Shown: piece by piece, positions 1-10,162 of the stretch
Numbering within the stretch: position 1 is the first letter of the stretch
Layout: each line of letters opens with the position of its first letter
Assembly (NCBI GenBank): GCA_001805965.1
Contig: MHHG01000018.1
Span: 4,306 to 65,969 of the forward strand
Direction of reading: 5' to 3'
Origin: Omnitrophica WOR_2 bacterium RIFOXYA2_FULL_38_17
Lineage (GTDB): Bacteria; Omnitrophota; Gorgyraeia; Zapsychrales; Zapsychraceae
Length of the DNA: 61,664 bases
The notes under the pieces: model-generated
Told to the model about the DNA's origin: nothing
Databases searched by the model: none
What the model saw: only the letters and a program-made list of their open reading frames with translations
Translations under genes and position numbers: made by a program

Positions 1-621
1 ATAATCAGTGTTTCAGGAAAAACTGAAGAAGAGTTTCAAATAATGGCCGAAAAACTCAATAAGCCAACGGGCTTATCCGCGATAGAGCTGAACCTTTCAT
101 GCCCAAATTTAAAAAAGAAGTCATTGGTCTCACAGGACCCTGAGGCAACATATAACACAGTAAAAGCTGTGAAAAAAATATCGAATTTACCTGTGATCGC
201 AAAGCTGACCCCAAATGTCGGGGATATCACTGTTATTGCAAAGGCAGCTGAAGATGCAGGTGCGGACGGCCTAAGCATGATCAATACTTTTACAGGACTT
301 GTTATAAATACTACGACGAGAAGATCTGCTATAGGTAATTTTGTCGGAGGATTAAGCGGACCTGCAATACGGCCAATAGCGGTCAACATGGTCTATAATG
401 TTGCACAAATAGTAAAGATACCTATTGTTGGCATGGGCGGGATAATGACCGCGGATGATGCGCTGCAGTTCATTATTGCTGGCGCAACAATGGTAGCTGT
501 AGGAACGGCAAATTTTATTGACCCCAAAGCGCCTTTGGAAGTCCTCAGCGGGATCAAGGAATATATGAAAAAGAATAAATTGAAAGATCTAAAACAACTT
601 AGAGGGAGCCTGGTACGTTAA
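1..621 (+). CDS. pyrD: dihydroorotate dehydrogenase, class 1 catalytic subunit (5' end outside window)
   Basis: Frame 1 is open from base 1; the ORF track begins at internal Met 43. Motifs LNLSCPN, GGLSGPAIRPIAV and VGMGGI are typical of the class-1 DHODH TIM barrel. The gene abuts pyrF. Confidence 0.85.
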   Translation: MISVSGKTEEEFQIMAEKLNKPTGLSAIELNLSCPNLKKKSLVSQDPEATYNTVKAVKKISNLPVIAKLTPNVGDITVIAKAAEDAGADGLSMINTFTGLVINTTTRRSAIGNFVGGLSGPAIRPIAVNMVYNVAQIVKIPIVGMGGIMTADDALQFIIAGATMVAVGTANFIDPKAPLEVLSGIKEYMKKNKLKDLKQLRGSLVR

Positions 622-1343
622 TGAGCAAAGACAGAGGAAAATTAATAGTAGCAGTTGATGTTGATACTTTTGAGGAGGCAAAAGGATTAGTAGATGTCTT
701 AAGCGAAGATATAGGCCTTTTTAAAATAGGAAGCCAGCTGTTCACAGCTTGCGGACCGACCATCGTTGACTATATTTATTCAAAGGGCAAGAAAATCTTT
801 CTGGACCTCAAATATCATGATATTCCCAATACAGTGGGTAATGCTGTGAGGGCGGCGGTAAATATGGGAAAAAAGCCCGGAGGTATTTTTATGTGTACGG
901 TCCATACTGTCGGAGGAAAAGCAATGCTTAAAAAGGCAGCTGATGAAGCAAGAAAAGCTTCAGGACTGCTGGGCATTGAGAGGCCTTTGATAGTGGGGAT
1001 AACTGTTTTGACAAGCGAAGAAGTTGGTGATAGTATATCAGCTCTTGTTCTGGAAAGAGCAAGGCTCGCAAAAGAATCCTCGCTTGATGGCATAGTGGCC
1101 TCAAGTCAGGAGGCCGCATTAGTAAGAAAAGAGATGGGTGAAGATTTTGTAATTGTAACTCCCGGTATCAGGCCTCACGGCGCCAGCGCAGGCGATCAGA
1201 AAAGAATAACTACACCCTTTGATGCTATAAAAAATGGTAGCGACTTTTTAGTTGTTGGGCGCCCCATTGTTAAAGCGGACGATCCAGCTTTAGCTGCTAA
1301 GAGAATATTAGAAGAAATTGAACAAGCAAAAAACAGCATTTAA
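621..1343 (+). CDS. pyrF: orotidine 5'-phosphate decarboxylase
   Basis: Motifs LIVAVDV, FLDLKYHDIPNTV and LVVGRPI are OMP decarboxylase signatures. The start overlaps the pyrD stop (TAATG). Confidence 0.9.
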   Translation: MSKDRGKLIVAVDVDTFEEAKGLVDVLSEDIGLFKIGSQLFTACGPTIVDYIYSKGKKIFLDLKYHDIPNTVGNAVRAAVNMGKKPGGIFMCTVHTVGGKAMLKKAADEARKASGLLGIERPLIVGITVLTSEEVGDSISALVLERARLAKESSLDGIVASSQEAALVRKEMGEDFVIVTPGIRPHGASAGDQKRITTPFDAIKNGSDFLVVGRPIVKADDPALAAKRILEEIEQAKNSI

Positions 1344-1359
1344 TTTTTAGGAGAGCGAG

Positions 1360-1980
1360 ATGGCCAGTCAAATACAGGAACTTATAGACAAAATTAAAAC
1401 TGAAGGAGTTGCGACGGCGCAGCAAGAGGCGACACAGATACAGGAGACCGCCAAGGCGCAAGCTAAAAAGATAATTGAAAAAGCTAAAGCGGACGCCGCA
1501 CAGCTTCTTGCAACAGCAAAAGAAGAGATCAAGAAACATGAAGAGTCGACAAACACGGCCCTTAAGCAGTCTTCGCGCGACATGCTGCTATCTTTAAGAA
1601 AAGAGATCGATCAGACATTAAAGAAGATAATCAAGAAAGAAGTGGTAGATGCTTTGTCTGGAGAAAGGCTTGCAGGTATTCTTTCTGATGTAATGAAAGA
1701 ATCAACGAAAGATGAGTATAAGAGCGCTGAAATGAAAGTGGCATTGTCGCCAGCAGACCTTAAAATCCTTGAAGATGGTTTTATTGCAAAATTAAAGGCA
1801 GAATTACAGAGGGCATTTGATATCGGATCATCAGAGGATATTTCAAAAGGGTTTACGATAAGTTTTGACGGCGGAAAATCCTGTTTTGATTTTACCGACA
1901 ACAGCTTGGTTGATTATTTAAGCGTTTACTTGAACGCGCAGGTATCAGCGATCTTAAAAGAATCCATAGGGACAAAATAA
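1360..1980 (+). CDS. atpE: V-type ATP synthase subunit E
   Basis: A/Q/K/E-rich coiled-coil N-terminus with a globular C-terminus. It is the first gene of an E-DUF2764-A-B-D-I-K operon, the order known from chlamydial and Bacteroidetes-type V-ATPases. Confidence 0.7.
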   Translation: MASQIQELIDKIKTEGVATAQQEATQIQETAKAQAKKIIEKAKADAAQLLATAKEEIKKHEESTNTALKQSSRDMLLSLRKEIDQTLKKIIKKEVVDALSGERLAGILSDVMKESTKDEYKSAEMKVALSPADLKILEDGFIAKLKAELQRAFDIGSSEDISKGFTISFDGGKSCFDFTDNSLVDYLSVYLNAQVSAILKESIGTK

Positions 1981-1990
1981 TTATCTTATC

Positions 1991-2581
1991 ATGGGAAAAT
2001 CATATTATTTTTTTGCAGCCAGTCTGGGGATGATCAGTTTTGATCAGAAGCCTCCGATGACGGTTGAGGAGTATCTGAAGCTGTCTAAGGGATTTTTGAC
2101 AGAAGAGAACTTTGAGTCAATGAAAGGCCTCCTCACCGGCAAGACAGATGACATTAAAACATCCAGCCAGGCTTTACAAAGATGGATCGTTTTTGATAAG
2201 AGCCTAAAAAATGAGGTAGCATCTTTTAGGGCGAAGAAAGCTCATAAGAACCCGGATGATCATATTAAGGGTGATAGCTTCAGGGACTACAGCCTGCAGG
2301 ATGCTATCAGTCAGGCCTCGAGAAAAGAAAATTTACTGGAAGCTGAAAAAGATATTGATAATATTCGATGGGAATTTTTAGAAGATCTATCTTTAGGCCA
2401 TTATTTTGATGTTGATTTCCTCTATATTTATGGCCTTAAATTAAAGATATTGGAACGTTATGTGAACATAGCTTCTACAAGAGGAGCAGAGGTTTTTAAC
2501 ATCTATAAAGAGAATGCAGCTGTTTTAGCAGGTGATGAAGCTTACGGTAAAGAAAAGAAGCTGCTGCAAAAGCAAAACTAA
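1991..2581 (+). CDS. DUF2764-like protein occupying the V-ATPase subunit C position
   Basis: N-terminus YYFFAASLGMISFDQKPPMTVEEYL resembles the DUF2764 signature. It lies between the E and A subunit genes. Confidence 0.55.
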   Translation: MGKSYYFFAASLGMISFDQKPPMTVEEYLKLSKGFLTEENFESMKGLLTGKTDDIKTSSQALQRWIVFDKSLKNEVASFRAKKAHKNPDDHIKGDSFRDYSLQDAISQASRKENLLEAEKDIDNIRWEFLEDLSLGHYFDVDFLYIYGLKLKILERYVNIASTRGAEVFNIYKENAAVLAGDEAYGKEKKLLQKQN

Positions 2582-2603
2582 ATATATTTTATAAAAGGAG
2601 TTC

Positions 2604-4334
2604 GTGGTGAAAGCTGATTTAAGAAAAGGCAAAGTAGTTGGGGTCAACGGTAATATGGTTGCAGTCGAATTTGAAGATAATGTAATGCAGAACGAAGTTG
2701 CCTATATTAATGTTGGTGATGAAAAATTAAAGGCAGAGGTCATTAGGGTCAAGGGAAAGAGGACTGACCTTCAGGTCTTTGAGGATACTGTTGGCATTAA
2801 GGTAGGCGATATTGCTGAATTTACCGGAGAACTGTTGTCGGTTGAGCTTGGGCCTGGTTTGCTGGGAAAGGTTTATGACGGGCTGCAGAATCCTTTGAAC
2901 CGCTTGGCTGAAAAATATGGTTTTTTCTTAAAAAGAGGGGCATATCTGGATGCTTTAGAAGAGGGGGAAGAATGGGAGTTTACTCCGACGGTTAAAATTG
3001 GGGATAAGCTGTTTGCCGGTGAGAAAGTGGGAACAGTGCCTGAAAAGATATTTGAGCACAGGATAATGGTGCCATTTAAATTGCAAGGTCAATGGGAAAT
3101 TGTGGAGATCTCGCCTAAAGGTAAATATACGGTCGATAAGGTAGTTGCAAAGATAAAAAATGAAGAAGGCAGGACATCGGATGTCACTATGCTTCAAAAA
3201 TGGCCGGTTAAGGTACCTATCGAAGCGTATTCAAAGAAATTAAAACCAGTGGATCCCCTTGTAACAAAGATCAGGATAATCGACACGCTCGTTCCTGTTG
3301 CAATTGGAGGGACATTCTGTACTCCGGGGCCATTTGGCGCGGGAAAAACTGTTTTACAGCATTTATTAAGCAGGCATGCTGAAGTGGATATTGTTATTGT
3401 TGCTGCTTGCGGTGAGCGCGCAGGTGAGGTCGTTGAGATATTAGAGGAATTCCCTGAGCTGATAGACCCGAAAACCGGAAAAAGTTTGATGGAGCGTACC
3501 ATAATTATCTGTAATACAAGCTCAATGCCGGTTGCTGCACGTGAATCAAGCGTATATACTGGCGCTACTTTGGCTGAATATTACAGGCAAATGGGATTGA
3601 ATGTATTTTTGCTTGCTGATTCAACTTCGCGTTGGGCGCAGGCTATGCGTGAAATGTCAGGAAGATTGGAAGAGATCCCTGGCGAAGAGGCATTTCCCGC
3701 TTATCTTGAATCACGTATAGCATCATTTTATGAAAGGGCAGGTCTGGTTAAGCTACGTGATGGGTCAAAAGGTTCTCTAACTATAGGCGGCGCGGTCAGC
3801 CCGGCCGGAGGGAATTTTGAAGAGCCTGTTACCCAGGCGACATTAAAAGTTGTCGGCGCTTTTCATGGCCTTTCAAGGGACAGGGCAAATGCGAGGAAAT
3901 ATCCTTCTATTGACCCTTTGGACAGCTGGAGCAAATATACAAGTTTTATTGAATCTGATAAAGTGGCAAACGCGGTTGCTATATTAAGAAAGAGCCAAAG
4001 TGTCGGCCAGATGATGAAGGTTGTTGGCGAGGAAGGTATAAGCAATGAAGAATTCGTTGAGTTTCTTAAAGGTGAGTTCTTTGATGCTGTTTATCTGCAG
4101 CAGAATGCCTTTGATAAAATAGATGAAGCCACGACTTCAGATAGGCAGAAATACATGTTCGCCATAATGGATGAGATCATAGAGAAGAAGTTCAAATTTA
4201 CAAGTAAAGATATTGCTAGAAGGTTTTTCCAGGAGCTAAGGCAAAGCTTTATTACATTTAACACTCTTGAATTTGATTCAGATGAATTTAAGAAACGTGA
4301 ATCAGAGATCAGAAAAAAATTATCTGACGCATAG
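2604..4334 (+). CDS. atpA: V-type ATP synthase catalytic subunit A
   Basis: Walker A GPFGAGKTV; LLADSTSRWAQAMRE; 576 aa including the non-homologous insert typical of A subunits. GTG start preceded by AAGGAG. Confidence 0.95.
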   Translation: MVKADLRKGKVVGVNGNMVAVEFEDNVMQNEVAYINVGDEKLKAEVIRVKGKRTDLQVFEDTVGIKVGDIAEFTGELLSVELGPGLLGKVYDGLQNPLNRLAEKYGFFLKRGAYLDALEEGEEWEFTPTVKIGDKLFAGEKVGTVPEKIFEHRIMVPFKLQGQWEIVEISPKGKYTVDKVVAKIKNEEGRTSDVTMLQKWPVKVPIEAYSKKLKPVDPLVTKIRIIDTLVPVAIGGTFCTPGPFGAGKTVLQHLLSRHAEVDIVIVAACGERAGEVVEILEEFPELIDPKTGKSLMERTIIICNTSSMPVAARESSVYTGATLAEYYRQMGLNVFLLADSTSRWAQAMREMSGRLEEIPGEEAFPAYLESRIASFYERAGLVKLRDGSKGSLTIGGAVSPAGGNFEEPVTQATLKVVGAFHGLSRDRANARKYPSIDPLDSWSKYTSFIESDKVANAVAILRKSQSVGQMMKVVGEEGISNEEFVEFLKGEFFDAVYLQQNAFDKIDEATTSDRQKYMFAIMDEIIEKKFKFTSKDIARRFFQELRQSFITFNTLEFDSDEFKKRESEIRKKLSDA

Positions 4335-4349
4335 AACAAGGAAATAACA

Positions 4350-5645
4350 ATGCAAAAATTTTATAGTGAAATATTACAAATAGCAGGGGATGTTATTACT
4401 GTTGAGGCTGAGAACGTAAGTTATAAGGAGTTGGCTGAAATAAAGACCAGGACAGGCATTTCTTTGGCGCAGGTCATAAGGCTTGAAGATAAAAAGGTTT
4501 ACTTGCAGGTCTTTGCAGGAAGCCGGGGGGTCTCAACGAATGACAAGGTCAGGTTCTTAAAGAAGCCGATGCAGGTATCCTGCTCAGAGAACCTTCTCGG
4601 CAGGATATTTGACGGCAATGGTTCCCCCCGAGACGGCGGCCCTGCTTTAACTGACAATATGTTTGATGTCGGCGGGCCATCGGTCAATCCTGCAAAAAGG
4701 ATCGTGCCTAAGAACATGATAAGGACAGGCATCCCGATGATAGATGTTTTTAATTCACTGGTTGAATCACAGAAGCTTCCGATATTCTCAATTGCCGGTG
4801 AGCCTTATAATCAGCTCTTAGCCCGTATTGCCATGCAGGCTGAAGTTGATATGATAATTTTAGGCGGAATGGGATTGAAGCATGATGACTACTTGTTCTT
4901 TAGAGATACGCTCGAGGAACATGGCGCATTATCAAGGTCGGTTCTTTTTATTCATACAGCCTCTGACCCTACTGTTGAATGTTTATTGGTACCTGATATG
5001 TGTTTGGCTGTTGCTGAAAAGTTTGCGCTTGAAGGTAAAAAGGTCCTGGTCCTTTTAACAGATATGACCAATTTCAGCGATTCTTTAAAAGAGATCGCTA
5101 TCACAATGGAGCAGATCCCGTCGAACAGAGGATACCCGGGAGACCTTTACAGCCAGTTGGCGTCAAGATATGAGAAGGCTGTTGATTTTGAGGATGCCGG
5201 CTCTATCACTGTTCTGGCTGTCACAACCATGCCTGGGGATGACGTTACTCATCCCGTGCCTGATAACACGGGATATATTACGGAAGGGCAGTTTTATCTG
5301 AGAGGCGGGCGCATTGAGCCTTTTGGTTCTTTAAGCCGTTTAAAGCAGCAGGTAAATGGCGATACCAGAAGTGACCATCGTGCGATAATGGACCGCATGA
5401 TACAGCTTTTTGCTGATTACAGGGAATCCATTGAAAAGAAATCAATGGGATTTCAGATGAGCGCCTGGGATGAAAAGTTATTAAAATATGGCAAACGATT
5501 TGAGAATGAGCTTATGTCGCTTGCGGTTAATATTCCTTTAGAAGAAGCCCTTGACCTCGGCTGGAAGATATTATCAGATATTTTTGACCCGACAGAGACG
5601 GGTATGAAAGAATCATTGATCGCAGAATATTGGCCTAAGAAATAA
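4350..5645 (+). CDS. atpB: V-type ATP synthase subunit B
   Basis: [38 protein letters not shown]; 431 aa; directly after atpA. Confidence 0.95.
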   Translation: MQKFYSEILQIAGDVITVEAENVSYKELAEIKTRTGISLAQVIRLEDKKVYLQVFAGSRGVSTNDKVRFLKKPMQVSCSENLLGRIFDGNGSPRDGGPALTDNMFDVGGPSVNPAKRIVPKNMIRTGIPMIDVFNSLVESQKLPIFSIAGEPYNQLLARIAMQAEVDMIILGGMGLKHDDYLFFRDTLEEHGALSRSVLFIHTASDPTVECLLVPDMCLAVAEKFALEGKKVLVLLTDMTNFSDSLKEIAITMEQIPSNRGYPGDLYSQLASRYEKAVDFEDAGSITVLAVTTMPGDDVTHPVPDNTGYITEGQFYLRGGRIEPFGSLSRLKQQVNGDTRSDHRAIMDRMIQLFADYRESIEKKSMGFQMSAWDEKLLKYGKRFENELMSLAVNIPLEEALDLGWKILSDIFDPTETGMKESLIAEYWPKK

Positions 5646-5728
5646 GCCGAAGGCTTATTTCTGATAGGGTGTTTAATATCCCGAGAAAATATCGATGCTT
5701 CTACGATTTTTCTCGAACAAAAACACCC
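5638..5728 (+). promoter_or_regulatory. nested stem-loops in the atpB-atpD intergenic region
   Basis: A perfect 11-bp stem (5638-5648 with 5652-5662, 3-nt loop) spans the atpB stop codon. An outer 8-bp stem GGGTGTTT/AAACACCC (5667-5674 with 5721-5728) encloses an inner 8-bp stem CGAGAAAA/TTTTCTCG (5682-5689 with 5708-5715). Confidence 0.5.
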
Positions 5729-5787
5729 GCACAAATTAAAACCAACAGTTTCTTTCTGGTAAAGAACTAAACAATAAAAGTTTCAAA

Positions 5788-6405
5788 ATGGCAAAAATAA
5801 AATTCACAAAAGGCGAGCTTAAGCGCCAAAGAGATTCTTTGAAGCAATTTCAGCATTATTTGCCGACGTTACAGCTAAAGAAGCAACAGCTGCAGGTAAA
5901 GATATTAGAGGCCAGAAAGCTATTATCCGAGAAAGAATCTGCTTTAAATAGGACAGAAGATGTCTTGAAAAAATGGGTAGGCCTGCTTAATGACCCCGGG
6001 GTTGAAATAAAGGATTTTGTAGAATTAAAAGATATTAATCTCACATATATCAATATTGCCGGAGCTGAAGTGCCGGTTTTTAAAGAAGTTGTTTTTGAAG
6101 AAAGAACGATCGATATTTACTCAACGCCACTTTGGGTGGACAAAGGCGCAGCATCTATTAGGGAAGTGCTGGCGCATTTTGTCGAGATCATGGTGATCAA
6201 AAAGCAGATCGAGATATTGCAGCGGGAGCTCCGTATCACGACCCAAAGAGTGAACCTGTTCGAAAAGATCAAGATACCTCAATGCCTTGAGAATATCAGG
6301 GTCATCAGGATCTATTTAGGTGACCAGCAGGCAAATGCAGTCGGTATCTCTAAAGTCGCAAAAAGGAAAATAGAACAAAAAATGCACCAGGAGGCAATGG
6401 CTTAA
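5788..6405 (+). CDS. atpD: V-type ATP synthase subunit D
   Basis: 205-aa coiled-coil protein with N-terminal LKRQRDSLKQFQHYLPTLQLKKQQL, in the expected operon position. Confidence 0.85.
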   Translation: MAKIKFTKGELKRQRDSLKQFQHYLPTLQLKKQQLQVKILEARKLLSEKESALNRTEDVLKKWVGLLNDPGVEIKDFVELKDINLTYINIAGAEVPVFKEVVFEERTIDIYSTPLWVDKGAASIREVLAHFVEIMVIKKQIEILQRELRITTQRVNLFEKIKIPQCLENIRVIRIYLGDQQANAVGISKVAKRKIEQKMHQEAMA

Positions 6406-8151
6406 GTGATAGTCCCAATGAAAAAAGTGTTCATGATTGTGCAGAAAAAGGACTTTGTCCCTTCTTTGGAAGAGATGAGGGCGCTTGGAGTCGTGCACGT
6501 TGAACATAATGATGTCCTTAAAAGTGATGATATCACAGCTATAAAGGATGATATTCAATTGTTGGAGCAGGTGATCCGTATATTAGAGAATGCTAAAACT
6601 GATGACCATGCACCCAAAGAGGCTTTAGATAGTGTTTTTGAGTGGAGAGAAGTTACGGAGTGTGTTCTTCATCAGATGAAGAAGATCGAGGTGCTGAGTG
6701 ACAATATCCTTAAAAGGCAGGGGCTTATTAATAAATTGCAAAAATGGGGGAACTTTGAGCCGCAGGACATTTCTCATCTTAAAGAAAAAGGTATTAATGT
6801 TTCCTTTTGCGAGATGCCAGTGTCTCAAAAGATAGTGCCTAAAGAAGGCGTGATAGTTGAAGTTCTTTCAAGGACAGGCGGCATTAACAATTGTATGGTC
6901 ATTACCACAGGCAGTGTTGATCCTGGTCATGAGGGTATTGTTCTGCCGGCAAAGAGCTTGTCCCATGAACATGATTCACAGGAGAAGGAAAAGAACAACA
7001 TTAAAAGGGCAGAGGATGAATTAAAAGCACAGGTCAAGTACCTGCCGGCGCTAAAGAGGAAGTTAAGAGAGAAGGAAGAAAAACTGGTCTTTAAGGAGGT
7101 TATTGTAGGAGCTAAGAACACAGGTGAGCTAACGTTGCTTAAAGGATACTGCCCCCAGAAGACCTGTTCACAAATAGAGACAAAAGCCAAGGAGCATCAA
7201 TGGGGGATCCTTTTTGAAGACCCTTCTGAAGAGGATAAAGTGCCGACATTATTAGAGAATCCAAAATGGGTCTCGGTGATAAATCCACTGATCAATTTTA
7301 TCGGAATTCTTCCGGGGTATAAAGAGGTAGATATTAATCCCTTTCTTCTTTTGTTCTTTTCTTTGTTTGTAGGAATATTGGTAGGAGATGCGGGGTATGG
7401 GTTCATTTATCTGTTAACATGCGCGATAGCTCATTTTGCGATGAGAAAAAAAGTAAAGGATATAACATTCTTTAAGCTCATTTATTTGTTGTGCGGATGC
7501 ATTATTGTCTGGGGTGTTTTTACGGGGACGTATTTTGGCCAGGAATGGTTAGGCAGTTCAGTCAAGCCAGTAATTCCTTGGCTAGTGGACCCTAAAAATT
7601 TGCAGACTTTATGTTTTCTTGTAGGGGCCATACATTTGAGCATTGCGCATTGCTGGAGAATGATCCTTTTTTATCCCTCTTTGGTCATTTTGAGCGAAGC
7701 TGGATGGATCTTTTTGGTCTGGGGCATGTATTTCGCTGCAAGGATGTTCATCCTGGATGTTGCTTTTCCCGGGGCAGGGATTATCTTGTTCATACTCGGG
7801 CCATTGCTGGTATACTTGTTCTCTGAAGTGACGCCCTTAAAGAAATATTTGCAAACAGTAAGCGGACAGCTTTTCCCAAAGACTCTTGATATTATCGGCG
7901 TATTTTCAGATATTGTTTCTTATATAAGGTTGTATGCCGTTGGACTTGCGACGGTTGCTATTGCAGATGCGGCAAACAGGATGTCGATCAGTTGGATAAT
8001 CATATTGCACGCGATAAATATCCTTCTTGCGGCTTTGGCGATCCTGGTTCACGCTCTGCGCCTGAACACTTTGGAGTTTTCAAGGCATTTGGGTTTGGAA
8101 TGGACAGGGTTCACGTATGACCCTTTTAGAAAAACAGAGAATATAAATTAA
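6406..8151 (+). CDS. atpI: V-type ATP synthase subunit I (a-subunit)
   Basis: Soluble N-terminal half plus a multi-TM C-terminal half carrying VSYIRLYAVGLA, the conserved Arg helix of a/I subunits. Confidence 0.85.
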   Translation: MIVPMKKVFMIVQKKDFVPSLEEMRALGVVHVEHNDVLKSDDITAIKDDIQLLEQVIRILENAKTDDHAPKEALDSVFEWREVTECVLHQMKKIEVLSDNILKRQGLINKLQKWGNFEPQDISHLKEKGINVSFCEMPVSQKIVPKEGVIVEVLSRTGGINNCMVITTGSVDPGHEGIVLPAKSLSHEHDSQEKEKNNIKRAEDELKAQVKYLPALKRKLREKEEKLVFKEVIVGAKNTGELTLLKGYCPQKTCSQIETKAKEHQWGILFEDPSEEDKVPTLLENPKWVSVINPLINFIGILPGYKEVDINPFLLLFFSLFVGILVGDAGYGFIYLLTCAIAHFAMRKKVKDITFFKLIYLLCGCIIVWGVFTGTYFGQEWLGSSVKPVIPWLVDPKNLQTLCFLVGAIHLSIAHCWRMILFYPSLVILSEAGWIFLVWGMYFAARMFILDVAFPGAGIILFILGPLLVYLFSEVTPLKKYLQTVSGQLFPKTLDIIGVFSDIVSYIRLYAVGLATVAIADAANRMSISWIIILHAINILLAALAILVHALRLNTLEFSRHLGLEWTGFTYDPFRKTENIN

Positions 8152-8169
8152 AAAGGCAAGGAGATTTAA

Positions 8170-8628
8170 ATGGAACACACATTATTAGCACAATTCAATG
8201 ACCTGGGGGCAGCTGCAGCGATCGGTTTCTCTGCTATCGGATCTGCTTTAGGGACAGGTGTTGCAGGTATGGCGGCGATTGGCGCGTGGAAGAAATGCTA
8301 TGCGCAGAACAAGGCGGCACCAATGCTTTTGACGGTTTTTTCAGCATTTCCTCTTTCTCAGACGCTTTATGGCTTTATTCTGATGAACAAGATAGCGGCT
8401 GCGGCAGCTAATGGCCAATATTTCTGGGGCATGGGAATTATTGGCGGTATGGCCATAGGGGCTTCGGCTTACATGCAGGGGAAAGCAGCGGCAGGAGCTA
8501 GCGATACTTTTGCTGAGTTTGGCAAAGGACAGGGCAACTATATTATTGTCCTTGGTATCATTGAGACTGTTGCGATCTTAGTTTTTGTTTTCTTGCAGGG
8601 CAAAGTCGGAATGCTATCTGCTGGATAA
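8170..8628 (+). CDS. atpK: V-type ATP synthase subunit K (proteolipid c-ring)
   Basis: 152-aa Gly/Ala-rich double-hairpin membrane protein with a carboxylate in GIIETVAI. It is the last gene of the operon. Confidence 0.85.
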   Translation: MEHTLLAQFNDLGAAAAIGFSAIGSALGTGVAGMAAIGAWKKCYAQNKAAPMLLTVFSAFPLSQTLYGFILMNKIAAAAANGQYFWGMGIIGGMAIGASAYMQGKAAAGASDTFAEFGKGQGNYIIVLGIIETVAILVFVFLQGKVGMLSAG

Positions 8629-8639
8629 AAATAAATTGC

Positions 8640-8667
8640 TTGATATTTTAAGAAAATATATTATAAT
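8640..8667 (+). promoter_or_regulatory. sigma70-like promoter for the tRNA pair
   Basis: TTGATA (8640-8645), 16-nt spacer, TATAAT (8662-8667), about 38 nt upstream of tRNA-Val. Confidence 0.4.
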
Positions 8668-8704
8668 TCTGTCTCTGGTGTTGGAACGTTATTTAAAAAA
8701 ATAT

Positions 8705-8781
8705 GGGCGATTAGCTCAGTTGGTTAGAGCTCCTGACTTACATTCAGGCGGCCGAGGGTTCGAGTCCTTCATCGCCCACCA
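8705..8781 (+). tRNA. tRNA-Val (anticodon TAC), CCA encoded
   Basis: Manual cloverleaf: acceptor GGGCGAT/ATCGCCC, D stem GCTC/GAGC, anticodon stem CCTGA/TCAGG with loop CTTACAT, T loop TTCGAGT, terminal ACCA. Confidence 0.9.
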
Positions 8782-8841
8782 TATTTTTTACAAAGAGGGA
8801 TTGTTTTCGCATCATAATTCTCTCTTGATTTAAAGCTTTCA

Positions 8842-8919
8842 GGGCTCGTGGTGTAGTCTGGTTAACATGTCAGATTGTCGATCTGAAGATCGCGAGTTCA
8901 AATCTCGTCGGGCCCGCCA
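8842..8919 (+). tRNA. tRNA-Asp (anticodon GTC), CCA encoded
   Basis: Manual cloverleaf: acceptor GGGCTCG/CGGGCCC, anticodon stem TCAGA/TCTGA with loop TTGTCGA, T loop TTCAAAT, terminal GCCA. Confidence 0.9.
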
Positions 8920-8956
8920 AATTATTCCGGAAGGGGTAACCCTTAATGGATAAAAA

Positions 8957-8990
8957 ATCCCCGTCAGTTAATACTGACGGGGATTTTTTT
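8957..8990 (+). terminator. rho-independent terminator after the tRNAs
   Basis: 11-bp stem ATCCCCGTCAG/CTGACGGGGAT with loop TTAATA, followed by a T-run. Confidence 0.8.
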
Positions 8991-9360
8991 ATGTCTAAAC
9001 GTGTCAAAGGTTTAGGACGCATAAAAATCAGCAGAAAACTTAATTTATCGGAGGGGCAAATAGATAGTCCGATAATTCCCAATAGTGAGAAGAAATGCTG
9101 CCATATTCGTTGATTTCTCTCTGATCGTAATTTTTTCGAATGGCTCACAGTTAGTGGTATAATGTCCGATAATAAGGTAATGAAGAAAGGTTTTTACACT
9201 CATTAACGGAAGAACAATGAAAAATTGAGATTTTTGAAAACAATTTGCTAGTTAGTGAAAGATAGGCTAAAAAGGAATTTGGTTTTGAAACTGCACAGTT
9301 GGCAGACTATTGATTTTCGTTTCATGATAATTTCTAATATTTCTAAAAGACAACAATAAT

Positions 9361-10158
9361 ATGCAAAGACAAGCTAGACAAGATTTGATCATTGAAGAAA
9401 TTTTGAAAAGTATCAGTAAGTCAAGAAATCTTGAATATATGATTTTGGATAAGCCTGATATAAAAGAAAGGAATGTGCCAGCCTGTGATATGATAGTCCA
9501 AATTGGGAGTGAAAAGTGGGCGATTGAGCATACTTCTATTGATAGTATTCCAAAGCAAAGGCGGGATGACAATAGGGTTTTGAAATTATTGTTTCCTTTA
9601 AGAGATATGCTTAGAAATAAATTGCCGGTACCTGGTCATTACGATTTAAATGTTGATATGAATGTTATTCCAACGGGCATCAATTGGGATGAACTTAGAG
9701 AGTCAATTGCTCTCTGGTGTATTAACGTGGCCCCGTTACTTAAATTAGGATCGCCTAAAACAACTCCAAGTCATTACCGAAAGGAGAAGCCTCTGGGCGT
9801 TCCGTTTGAATTAGCATTATACCGTTGGCCAGGAAGAGATGGGGTTTTCAATATTGGCAGATTTGCACCTACGGATTTAGAAGAACAGAGGGCGCTTGTT
9901 ATTTTGGAAACATTAAATTCAAGAGGGGTAAAAGTAGTCCAATACAAGGAAGAAGGATTTAAAACACTCTTGATTTTGGAAGCAAATGATATTGCTTTGG
10001 CTAATCAAGCATTGATATCGGAAGCATTTGAAAAGGTTGCGTCTCAATTGTCAAAAGACGAACTTCCGGATGAGGTCTATTTGATTGAAACGGATTGTCA
10101 AGAACACTTCATTTGGTGTTTAAAATCAGGGGATCAGATTATTCCTGACCAAATATAA
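9361..10158 (+). CDS. hypothetical protein (first gene of the island)
   Basis: 265-aa ORF with no overlapping alternative. I recognise no family. Confidence 0.45.
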   Translation: MQRQARQDLIIEEILKSISKSRNLEYMILDKPDIKERNVPACDMIVQIGSEKWAIEHTSIDSIPKQRRDDNRVLKLLFPLRDMLRNKLPVPGHYDLNVDMNVIPTGINWDELRESIALWCINVAPLLKLGSPKTTPSHYRKEKPLGVPFELALYRWPGRDGVFNIGRFAPTDLEEQRALVILETLNSRGVKVVQYKEEGFKTLLILEANDIALANQALISEAFEKVASQLSKDELPDEVYLIETDCQEHFIWCLKSGDQIIPDQI

Positions 10159-10162
10159 ATAG

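Noticed and set aside
7611-7826. A 71-aa plus-strand ORF inside atpI in another frame.
   Set aside because: It lies entirely within the confidently assigned subunit I gene and has no independent signals.
8585-9148. ORFs 8585-8833 (+) and 8870-9148 (-) from the track.
   Set aside because: They run through tRNA-Val and tRNA-Asp and the terminator hairpin, and have no RBS. They are spurious.
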